Positions 1-8,333 of a DNA stretch of 64,000 bases are shown piece after piece. Under the pieces are notes generated by a model. That model saw only the letters and a program-made list of their open reading frames with translations, was not told the DNA's origin and did no database searches. The DNA comes from Mollicutes bacterium. GTDB taxonomy: Bacteria; Bacillota_I; Bacilli_A; RFN20; CAG-826. The position numbers were made by a program, and so were the translations under genes. The DNA lies in the NCBI GenBank assembly GCA_022780025.1, contig JALEXS010000031.1:2003-66002 (forward strand). Direction: 5' to 3'. The stretch's first letter is position 1. Each line of letters begins with the position of its first letter.

Positions 1-493
1 CTTTTGTACCAACGCTTCCATCATCACTCATAAGAATGTAGTTATCACTAATATCTTTAAATGCTTTTTCTAAAATTACTAAGTCTTTATTTCTAAAGCC
101 AACAATTGAAGTAACTTTTGCACCATGTTCGTGGAATGCTCTAGCAACTGGTAATGCAATAGCACAACCGACTCCACCACCTATAACTGCAACATTCTTT
201 TTGCCTTCAACTTCGCTAGGTTTACCTAATGGACCAACAAAGCTATAAAGTTCATCGCCGACTTCTTTGTGATTTAATTTTAATGTTGTAGCACCAACAA
301 TTTGGAAAATAATGCTAACAGTGCCTTTCTCTGGGTCAGTGCCAGCAACAGTAAGAGGTATTCTTTCTCCGCCTTCTTCGACAATTAAAATAATAAATTG
401 TCCGGCTTTAGCTTTTTTTGCAACAAATGGAGCTTCAATTTCCATATATGTTACTGTAGGATTTAATACTTCTTTTTTAACAATTTTAAACAT
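1..493 (-). CDS. Ferredoxin-NADP+ reductase / sulfide-dehydrogenase-like FAD/NAD(P)-binding subunit (NfnA/SudB/PyrK-like), 3' end cut by window edge
   Basis: Absent from the ORF track because it runs off the window. My translation from the ATG at 493-491 (minus) reads MFKIVKKEVLNPTVTYMEIEAPFVAKKAKAGQFIILIVEEGGERIPLTVAGTDPEKGTVSIIFQIVGATTLKL...VAVIGGGVGCAIALPVARAF. An AGGAGG RBS lies at 499-504. An FAD beta-barrel followed by a GGGxG NAD fold is typical of this family. The + ORF 312..506 is its antisense shadow. Confidence 0.7.
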   Translation of the reverse strand, partial: MFKIVKKEVLNPTVTYMEIEAPFVAKKAKAGQFIILIVEEGGERIPLTVAGTDPEKGTVSIIFQIVGATTLKLNHKEVGDELYSFVGPLGKPSEVEGKKNVAVIGGGVGCAIALPVARAFHEHGAKVTSIVGFRNKDLVILEKAFKDISDNYILMSDDGSVGTK

Positions 494-665
494 ATATTCC
501 TCCTAAAATTATCAAAATCATTATAGACTTAATAATAAAATTATTAAAGCAAAAACAAACTATAAATTGCTCTATTTTGTTTAAGTAAAAATATCATTCT
601 TTTTTTATTTTTTTAATTTATCAATTATTAAATTATTTTTTATTCAATATTAAGTGAATTAAAAA

Positions 666-1346
666 CTAGTTCTTTTTGAAAAAAACTATGCAGAATAAGG
701 CTAAAACTAAAGAAATTGGTATAAATAATGAATAGTTTAAATAGTTAATATCAACGTATTTATACAAAACATAGAAGATAACAAACCCAAAGATAAAAAA
801 TAAAATAATTGATAAAATTTCTAAACAAACTAATAAATTTTCTTTATTTTTGTCTTTTATATATTTTACTAAACTAGATGTTGCTAATTTCATCATTGCT
901 GTCATCATCGTTGTTGATAATGCATGTTTATTAATATTTGTAAAAGCATGAGATTGTAAGGCTCCAAAAAAGCTTAATAGACATCCTGCAACAATATTTA
1001 ATGTTCCATATTTTTCACTATCAATCGGAATAAATATGACAGATGTCAATATAATTAATCCTATTGAATATATGAAATATTCATATTTTATTTTTGTCAT
1101 ATCTGATATTTGATAAATGATCTCAGTGATAATAATCCCAGCAATAAAAGTTATAACAAATAAGAAATGAGCAAGTGCTCCTATATAATTATTTTCAAAT
1201 AAATCAGAAAAAGTATATATCAAGTTTCCTGTTTGCATTCCTGAGAATGCTCCTCTAATCATAAGCGAATACATTTCAATAAAGCCACCAATTAAAGCTA
1301 AGATGACTCCTTTTAATAAATGTATATTGAAATAGTCTTTTTCCAT
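666..1346 (-). CDS. YoaK/DUF1275-family integral membrane protein
   Basis: Track ORF 666..1382 starts at a TTG; the first ATG is at 1346 (MEKDYFNIHLLKGVILALIGGFIEMYSLMIRGAFSGMQTGNLI...). It has multiple hydrophobic helices and a GGF..Y....G.F...QTGN signature that I associate with DUF1275. Confidence 0.6.
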   Translation of the reverse strand: MEKDYFNIHLLKGVILALIGGFIEMYSLMIRGAFSGMQTGNLIYTFSDLFENNYIGALAHFLFVITFIAGIIITEIIYQISDMTKIKYEYFIYSIGLIILTSVIFIPIDSEKYGTLNIVAGCLLSFFGALQSHAFTNINKHALSTTMMTAMMKLATSSLVKYIKDKNKENLLVCLEILSIILFFIFGFVIFYVLYKYVDINYLNYSLFIPISLVLALFCIVFFKKN

Positions 1347-1614
1347 GGTTTTTATATTATTCTTCTTTATACAATGTTTCAATAATAACTTGATTACTTT
1401 TAAGTTCTTTTATAATTAAGTAAAGTTTTTTCATTGACGTTATTTTACTGTTTGATACATCTTAAACTAATAAAAATATGGTTATTTTTTTATTAAAATT
1501 AATGATTTAAAGTAATAATTTATTTCTTAATAATGTATTTTTTTATAATATTAAGTCTTAATCTATTAATTATTTTTAACGTTTATAAGCCTATAATATT
1601 TAAGGGGTTTTATT

Positions 1615-2919
1615 ATGGTTAAGAAATTGAAATTATTGCGGTTATTTCCAATTCTTTTTAGTGCTTCTTGTTCTACTAATAATGTAATTGATAATGAATT
1701 GCCATTACCAAAAGATTTGTTCAAAGAAATAATAGAAAAACAAAATTTTACAGTTAATATTAAAAGTTATATTACCGATGTAAATTATGATGTAAATAAA
1801 TATGTAACTGAAAATGCTATTTATTACAAAAGTAATACAACAAATGAACAATTTGGTTTTATAAATGATATTAAAAATAAGAATTATTATTCATTTAAAT
1901 TAGATGATAAAAACAAGATAATTCCTAGTTATGTATATTCTTTAGAAAATAGTAAATACCAGGATGATTTTTATAATTTAAATTCTTTGAAAGTAAATCA
2001 ATTACCTTTAAACACTTATAATAGTCAAGATAATTACTATAAAATTACTAATTATTCGATTTTAGAGACTTTTTCATTATATTCAGACTTATTTACTTCT
2101 AGTGAAGATTTCCTTACAATTTATCCTTTAACTGGCGGCTTAAAAATTTTATCTAAAGATAGCGCATTACTTGATATCACTTATAGTTATGAAAATAATT
2201 TAATTGGTAAAATTAGTTTTACTTTTACTGATATTAATAAAACTTCTATTCCTAATTTAAATGAGTTTTTAAATAATGGCGGTAAAGCTAAAGAAATGAG
2301 TAAAGATTTAACTAATATTCAATCTCTTATTAGTAAAAACAATTATACTTTAAGCGTTTCTTATGAAAATACATTATTTTATAATACATATTTTACTGAA
2401 AACTATATTTATAGGGAATACGGTCAATCAATATTAGATAATGAAGATTATAATTATGTAAATAATGGTGCATTTGCTATTAAAGATAAAAAATCCTTAA
2501 AAGATGGTCTTTATTCTTTTGAATATAAAGATAATAAGTTTAATAATATTGAAAAATTATCTATAAATACTACTTCTTTATTTGATCTAACGATTACACC
2601 TTCTTTTTTATCTTATTATGATGTAATTAAAACTTTCGAAGAAAATTCTGATCAATATTATAATTGTGATTATATTTCTATTGACGCTAATATTAATAAA
2701 TTAGCTGCTACTTTTGTTGGAATTAATAATCAAGATGGTGTTACTTTAATGGCTACTGGATTAACTATTAATGATAGTAGTATTTTAGAAAATAATATCG
2801 TAACTTTATATATTTTTTATAACTATAATAATCAAGATGTATATGATTACTATAGCTTTACTAATTTTGGTAAAACAAAAGTTAGTTTTATTGAAGATTA
2901 CTTAAATTCTATAGAATAA
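1615..2919 (+). CDS. Lipoprotein, unknown family (P1; paralogue of 7007..8332)
   Basis: Signal peptide plus lipobox FSAS|C (Cys19), with an AAGGGG RBS. Shares the blocks NEFLNNGGKAKE, GLYSFEYK and KVSFIEDYLNS with P4. Asn/Tyr-rich with no catalytic motif recognised. Confidence 0.85.
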   Translation: MVKKLKLLRLFPILFSASCSTNNVIDNELPLPKDLFKEIIEKQNFTVNIKSYITDVNYDVNKYVTENAIYYKSNTTNEQFGFINDIKNKNYYSFKLDDKNKIIPSYVYSLENSKYQDDFYNLNSLKVNQLPLNTYNSQDNYYKITNYSILETFSLYSDLFTSSEDFLTIYPLTGGLKILSKDSALLDITYSYENNLIGKISFTFTDINKTSIPNLNEFLNNGGKAKEMSKDLTNIQSLISKNNYTLSVSYENTLFYNTYFTENYIYREYGQSILDNEDYNYVNNGAFAIKDKKSLKDGLYSFEYKDNKFNNIEKLSINTTSLFDLTITPSFLSYYDVIKTFEENSDQYYNCDYISIDANINKLAATFVGINNQDGVTLMATGLTINDSSILENNIVTLYIFYNYNNQDVYDYYSFTNFGKTKVSFIEDYLNSIE

Positions 2920-2933
2920 GGAGATTAAATTAT

Positions 2934-5348
2934 ATGAAAAAAAGTAAAATTTTATTTTTAATTAGTGCATTAACATTTACTAGTCTTACTGCATGTCGAA
3001 ATAATGAAAATAATAATCAAAATAAAGATGATAAATTAACTGGCATTAGTTGTAGCGCTACTAAATTAGAATTAGTTATTGGTGAAACTACTAAAATTAC
3101 TACTTCATTTACTCCATCCACAACTAACGATTTATTAGAATATGAATCAAGTAATCCAAAAGTTTTAACAGTTGATGTAAATGGAGAAGTTACAGCTCAT
3201 AGCGAAGGACAAGCAACTATTACTATTTCTTGTGTTAATTATCCAGATATTAAAGATACTTTATCTTTCACTGTCAAAGGACAAGATGTTACTAAATTTG
3301 ATATTACTTTAGATGATTCTGTTAATAAAGTTACCGAAGGAAATACTACTTTATACGAATTAATTGTAGGTGAAAATTATCCAATAAATATCGATATTGA
3401 ACCAAAAGCCTTGCAGAACAGCACTATTTCTGTAGAATTTGATTTAGATAATTATTGTAGTTTTGATAGTAAAACAAATACTTTAACTCCACTTCAAAGT
3501 AAATCAAGACTTGAAGCTACTTTTAAATTAATGGGTACTAAAGCAACTACAAAGTTATATTTTAAAATTCAAACTAAGGGTGAAAGTGATTCAACTGAAA
3601 TTATTAATATGTTTAATAAATCAATTGATTTAGAAAAGAGTACTTCTATTAATGGTTATAGTTTTAGCTTTAAAGCTAATTATTATGATAATGGTGTATT
3701 AAAATCTAAAGACGAAAAAACTACGCTTAATGTTCATAAAGATAAAAATAAATTCTATATGAGTGGTAATAAACAAATTACTAATAAATCTGGTATGGAT
3801 AGTGTTACTAACGAATTAGAATATTTATATAAAGGCTATGGAACTGATGGATATTTCTATGATGTTGAAGTTTTAGAAAACGGAACTCATGTTTCAACAC
3901 CTAAAAAGAAATTAATTGTTAGTGAAGGATCTACTTCAAGTACTACTATTACTACTAATGATGCAATAACTAAATCTAAATATATTGAACATAATTCTAA
4001 GGTAGGTCTTAGTGCTATTGCTAAAGGTCAAATTAATGTTTTGCCTTACGATTATTTTATTCCTGGTAAGAGTCATCCTTATTATTTTGGTGGCGATGGT
4101 CTTAAACGTGCTACATTTAATAAAGTAGATAATAAAATAACAATTAAAACTTATCAAATAGAAGATAGAGCTGCAGTATATGTTAATAGTGGTGTTTACA
4201 CATTTAATAATGATGGTTTATTAATAGATTTAGTTATTAATAATAACGTTTATAACTACGCAGATTTTAATTTAGAAACAGGTAAACCTAATGAAAATGT
4301 TGATACAATCGCAACTTATGAGATTTCTTATTCTCAAAAAGTAGGTGAATTAACAAGTGAAACAACTAAACTTTTTGATACAAATTCTTTATATTTTACT
4401 GATTATACTCCTACTTTAGTTAATAAATCTAATGAGGAAGTTACTACTTATAATGTAAATGAAATATATACTTTATCTATAAAAGATTCTGCTCCAAAAT
4501 TTGCTACTACTGCAATTGATGATATTACTATTATTGAATCAAGTGATCCAACAGTAGCAAGTATTCAATCTAATAATAAATCTATTAAAATATTAAAAGA
4601 TGGTGAATCTACTTTAACAATTTATTCTTCTAAAGAAATTGAGAAAAAGATTAAGATTGTTACTAAAATTCCAGATCCTACATCAATTACTGCAAAAATT
4701 AATAATAAAAATGTTAGTGGTGAAATAGATGCAACTATTAATCAAGCAATTAAAAATATTACTTTTGAAGTTTTACCAAATGGAGCAAGTAATGATATTA
4801 ATGTTACTGTTTTAGATAATAAAGGAACAATAGTTAAAGAAAGTAACGGAAGTTATACATTTACTCCTACTTCTACTGGTAAAGTTATTTTAAAAGCTAA
4901 TTCAATTTCTAAGCCTGAAATTACTACTCAAATTACATTTAATGTTAGTGACGCTTCAGTTTCTACTTTAGATAAAATTGTTGGTAAAACTTATAGATTA
5001 GATGATCCAATAACTTATATTTTAGCTTCTTTAAAATTTGAAAGTAAAACTAAAGCTACATTTACTAGTGATTATAGTGGTGTAGAAGTTATTTATACAT
5101 TTACTCCTATTTATGATGAAGCTACTAATAAAATAAAAATTAGTAATGTTCAATGTAATAAAACTACTACTGAATTAGAAAATTTCTTATTAGATGAATC
5201 ATCATATAATTGTTTATTTGAAATTAAAAATAATTCATTAATTACAATTTCTATAGATTTATCTAAAGCTAGTTTAACTGTTGATTTATTTGAAGCGGAA
5301 TACGAAAATCCAACTTCAACTAATATTACTTTAACGGAGGTTAAATAA
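2934..5348 (+). CDS. Large surface lipoprotein with Big_2 (bacterial Ig-like) domains (P2)
   Basis: Lipobox LTA|C (Cys21) and a GGAG RBS. Big_2-like segments include LELVIGETTKITTSFTPSTTNDLLEYESSNPKVLTVDVNGEVTAHSEGQATITISC, with further copies near residues 520-660. Confidence 0.85.
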   Translation: MKKSKILFLISALTFTSLTACRNNENNNQNKDDKLTGISCSATKLELVIGETTKITTSFTPSTTNDLLEYESSNPKVLTVDVNGEVTAHSEGQATITISCVNYPDIKDTLSFTVKGQDVTKFDITLDDSVNKVTEGNTTLYELIVGENYPINIDIEPKALQNSTISVEFDLDNYCSFDSKTNTLTPLQSKSRLEATFKLMGTKATTKLYFKIQTKGESDSTEIINMFNKSIDLEKSTSINGYSFSFKANYYDNGVLKSKDEKTTLNVHKDKNKFYMSGNKQITNKSGMDSVTNELEYLYKGYGTDGYFYDVEVLENGTHVSTPKKKLIVSEGSTSSTTITTNDAITKSKYIEHNSKVGLSAIAKGQINVLPYDYFIPGKSHPYYFGGDGLKRATFNKVDNKITIKTYQIEDRAAVYVNSGVYTFNNDGLLIDLVINNNVYNYADFNLETGKPNENVDTIATYEISYSQKVGELTSETTKLFDTNSLYFTDYTPTLVNKSNEEVTTYNVNEIYTLSIKDSAPKFATTAIDDITIIESSDPTVASIQSNNKSIKILKDGESTLTIYSSKEIEKKIKIVTKIPDPTSITAKINNKNVSGEIDATINQAIKNITFEVLPNGASNDINVTVLDNKGTIVKESNGSYTFTPTSTGKVILKANSISKPEITTQITFNVSDASVSTLDKIVGKTYRLDDPITYILASLKFESKTKATFTSDYSGVEVIYTFTPIYDEATNKIKISNVQCNKTTTELENFLLDESSYNCLFEIKNNSLITISIDLSKASLTVDLFEAEYENPTSTNITLTEVK

Positions 5349-5349
5349 A

Positions 5350-7017
5350 ATGAAGATTAAAAACGCTTTAATTTTATGTTTACCTTTATTAATTACAAGT
5401 TGTTCTAATGATGACATTCCAAGTAAAATAGATTTTAATAGAGCAAGTAAAATATTGGAGAAAATTAATACTAAAAATATAAAATCATTCGATTTTATCG
5501 ATAGATCTTATAATTTTGATAGTTATAATAATTCTAAATATATAGTTACTGGTTCAGCTTCTAAAGCTTTAATTAATTATGAAGCTAGACATAAATATAA
5601 TCTTTATAACAATAATTTTATTTCTGATGATATTGAAATTGATGCTTTAATTGGTGTTGAAAGTGTTGAAGTAATTAATACTACAAATGCTAAAGGTCAA
5701 ATTTATCAAGAAGGTAATTATTTATATGATTATTTTATAGGTCCTAATAAAGATGATTCTTTTGTAAATTGTTATACAACTAGTAAGTATAGAACCTTAG
5801 ATATTTATTTTAATTATTTATCTTTAATTAATGATACTATAAATTTTTATCAAAATGTTAATGCTTTATATCCTACTGAAAGTGGATTTTCTACTCCTTT
5901 AACTAATATTACTAATGAAGATAATAAAGAAACTTACTTAATGTCTGTTTCTTATCCTGGTGATTCTACTTATATGGCTTTTACTTATGAATATGAAGTT
6001 ATAATAGATTCAAACACTAAATCTTTAGATACTTTAAAAGTTAAGTTAATTCAATATAAAGATACTATTAGTGGTGATTATGAAAATGAAGCTAGAACTT
6101 ATATTGAATATACTTTATCTAATTTTAAGTATGGTAAAAAAAGTAATTATGAAGGTGAATATAATGATTTTTCAATGATTAATGAAAGATCAATTTATAA
6201 TAAACCTGCTCAAATTGTTGATACTTCTAATATTAAAGATGGAAATTTAACTAGTGATGATAGTTTAAAGATTGCTCGAAATATATTTGCTTATGGTGAA
6301 AATATTAAACAATGTAATTATGAATTTATATATCATGATGCTTTCGATATTGTTAATGTAAATAATGGTATTGGAAATATGAAGTTTAAAGGAATTATTA
6401 CTTCATATAGTAATGATATTCAAATTAATAATGGATTTATGCAAAAGATTAATAATGACGATATTCCTACTGGAGATAAATCTAATTATCAAATATTTAC
6501 TATTGCTGATGATGATGGAGTTAAAAAAGGTGGTAAATTTGATAAATATATGACTAATTGTTTTGCATATTTATCTAAAGATAATGTAGTTAATACTGAT
6601 AATGTTACTGGTGATTTAAGAAGTTATACTGGTGCTAATCCTTTATTATTCCCTGAATTTAGAAATACTATTAAAACTTATCAACAATATAATTTAGGTA
6701 AAACAATTGATTCTAATGTTACAGTTGAAATAAGTGCTAGTGGTTATAAAAATGGAGATAATTTATCTATTACTACTTCTATTAGAAAATATGGATCTTT
6801 AGTTGATAATACTTATACTTTTACTTATGAAATTAATAAAGATGAAATTAAAAGTTGTAAGTTTGTTGTTAGTGGGCAACTTAATAGTGGAACTAAATAT
6901 ATTGACACTTATCAAGCAACATTTTTAAGTGGTAATAAAGATACTTATAAGGGTGAATATATGGATTTTTCTGATATATATACTCAAGTAGGAATGGAGG
7001 CTTTTTATGCGTTTTAA
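5350..7017 (+). CDS. Lipoprotein, unknown family (P3), two-lobe architecture
   Basis: Lipobox ITS|C (Cys18). Its ATG lies 1 nt after the P2 stop and has a GGAGG RBS. The two halves end in similar strands: YTLSNFKYGKKSNYEGEYNDFSMI and ATFLSGNKDTYKGEYMDFSDI. Confidence 0.85.
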   Translation: MKIKNALILCLPLLITSCSNDDIPSKIDFNRASKILEKINTKNIKSFDFIDRSYNFDSYNNSKYIVTGSASKALINYEARHKYNLYNNNFISDDIEIDALIGVESVEVINTTNAKGQIYQEGNYLYDYFIGPNKDDSFVNCYTTSKYRTLDIYFNYLSLINDTINFYQNVNALYPTESGFSTPLTNITNEDNKETYLMSVSYPGDSTYMAFTYEYEVIIDSNTKSLDTLKVKLIQYKDTISGDYENEARTYIEYTLSNFKYGKKSNYEGEYNDFSMINERSIYNKPAQIVDTSNIKDGNLTSDDSLKIARNIFAYGENIKQCNYEFIYHDAFDIVNVNNGIGNMKFKGIITSYSNDIQINNGFMQKINNDDIPTGDKSNYQIFTIADDDGVKKGGKFDKYMTNCFAYLSKDNVVNTDNVTGDLRSYTGANPLLFPEFRNTIKTYQQYNLGKTIDSNVTVEISASGYKNGDNLSITTSIRKYGSLVDNTYTFTYEINKDEIKSCKFVVSGQLNSGTKYIDTYQATFLSGNKDTYKGEYMDFSDIYTQVGMEAFYAF

Positions 7018-8332
7018 ATTCAAAAAGTCTTCTATTCTCATGTTTTTATTTTTATTTCCATTAATCTCTTGTGGGAATAATTCAAATAATAATAATTATA
7101 TAGAAGATACAATTTTAAAAGATGATTTGACAAAATTAAAGACTTCAAAAAGATATAAATTAGATATAGATTTTAATTTAATTACAGGTAAAGATTCTAA
7201 AGAATATCAAGAAACTTATATCTATTTAGAAAACGACTTGCTCTATAGTTATAAGATTAACGAAACTATTTCTACTATTGGATTTACTTCAAGCGATGAA
7301 GGAATATATTCTTATTCTATTATTGATAATACAATAGTTCCTGATGCTATTTTAAATTATGATATTTCTAATATTTATGATGAAAGTACAGGATTAAAAA
7401 ATTATTATAATTCAATTAGTTTAAAAACAGTTTCTTTTAAAAAGACTACTTATAATTTTAAATTAAATGATTTAGCTAATATTAATGCTTTTTTAAAAGC
7501 ATCAAGTTTAACTCCTACTACTGGTTTAACTAGTTTAATTACTAATTTTAGTGTTATTGATGATAATCATACATTAACTTTTAATATGGATTTTGGAGTT
7601 AATGGTTATATAAAACATACAATTAGTCAAATAAACGACTCTAATTTATCTATTCCTTTAATTAATGAATATAAAAATAATGGAGGAAAAGCTAAACAAG
7701 CTCTCCCAGAATTAAAAGAGTTAGTTTCTAATTTAGATAGTTTTAATTATTCTAGTGATTTAGGTGAAATTACTTATAAAAATAAAACTATTAAAGTAGG
7801 TAGAAAATATTTTACTAATAGTTATATTTATGATGATTATACCGATGAATTTATAAATTATTATAAGGAAGTAAATAATAAAGAACTTGTTCGTGGTGGT
7901 TATTTATCTTTTAGTAGTAATAAAAACGGTATTCAAAAAGGAGTTTATTCTTTTACTCCTAAATATGATGAAAAAAATAATCCTTATTTAGATTCAACTT
8001 GTTTAAGAAAAGAAACTGATAATATAGATTTGACTACAGTATATCCTTATTTTTCTAGATTATTATTTTATAAATATATTTCAAGTTTTGATAAATCTAG
8101 TACTTCTAATAATTTATATATGACAACTAGACAAAATATTGCTTATGATTTTGGTAAAAATATATTAGGAATTAAATCAAAAATACCTGATACAATGTTC
8201 ATTTTAGATAATAGTAAAGATAGTGATATTAATTTTGATTTCTTAATTAAATATGGTCAAGAAGTCTATACAATTAATGCATCAAAGTTTAATCAAACTA
8301 AAATTGATTTTATTGAAAATTATATAAAATAA
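7007..8332 (+). CDS. Lipoprotein, unknown family (P4; paralogue of 1615..2919)
   Basis: Lipobox LIS|C (Cys22). Overlaps P3 by 11 nt and has a GGAGG RBS. Shares the blocks NEYKNNGGKAKQ, GVYSFTPKYDEK and KIDFIENYIK with P1. Confidence 0.85.
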   Translation: MRFKFKKSSILMFLFLFPLISCGNNSNNNNYIEDTILKDDLTKLKTSKRYKLDIDFNLITGKDSKEYQETYIYLENDLLYSYKINETISTIGFTSSDEGIYSYSIIDNTIVPDAILNYDISNIYDESTGLKNYYNSISLKTVSFKKTTYNFKLNDLANINAFLKASSLTPTTGLTSLITNFSVIDDNHTLTFNMDFGVNGYIKHTISQINDSNLSIPLINEYKNNGGKAKQALPELKELVSNLDSFNYSSDLGEITYKNKTIKVGRKYFTNSYIYDDYTDEFINYYKEVNNKELVRGGYLSFSSNKNGIQKGVYSFTPKYDEKNNPYLDSTCLRKETDNIDLTTVYPYFSRLLFYKYISSFDKSSTSNNLYMTTRQNIAYDFGKNILGIKSKIPDTMFILDNSKDSDINFDFLIKYGQEVYTINASKFNQTKIDFIENYIK

Positions 8333-8333
8333 T

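Noticed and set aside
312-506. 64-aa + ORF from the track
   Set aside because: It lies antisense to the well-supported NfnA/PyrK-like CDS (1..493, minus). It has no RBS and its sequence is low-complexity.
3936-4157. 73-aa antisense ORF inside the 804-aa lipoprotein gene. The same class includes 10083..10340, 14508..14774, 35836..36042, 40554..40781, 40744..40926, 42333..42518, 48467..48658, 55057..55251, 56446..56652, 60289..60507 and 62765..62962.
   Set aside because: All are fully embedded antisense (or out of frame) in long genes with recognisable products. They are compositionally biased (Ile/Phe/Leu/Lys-rich, as expected from AT-rich antisense reading) and lack RBS or start context. I treat them as shadow ORFs.
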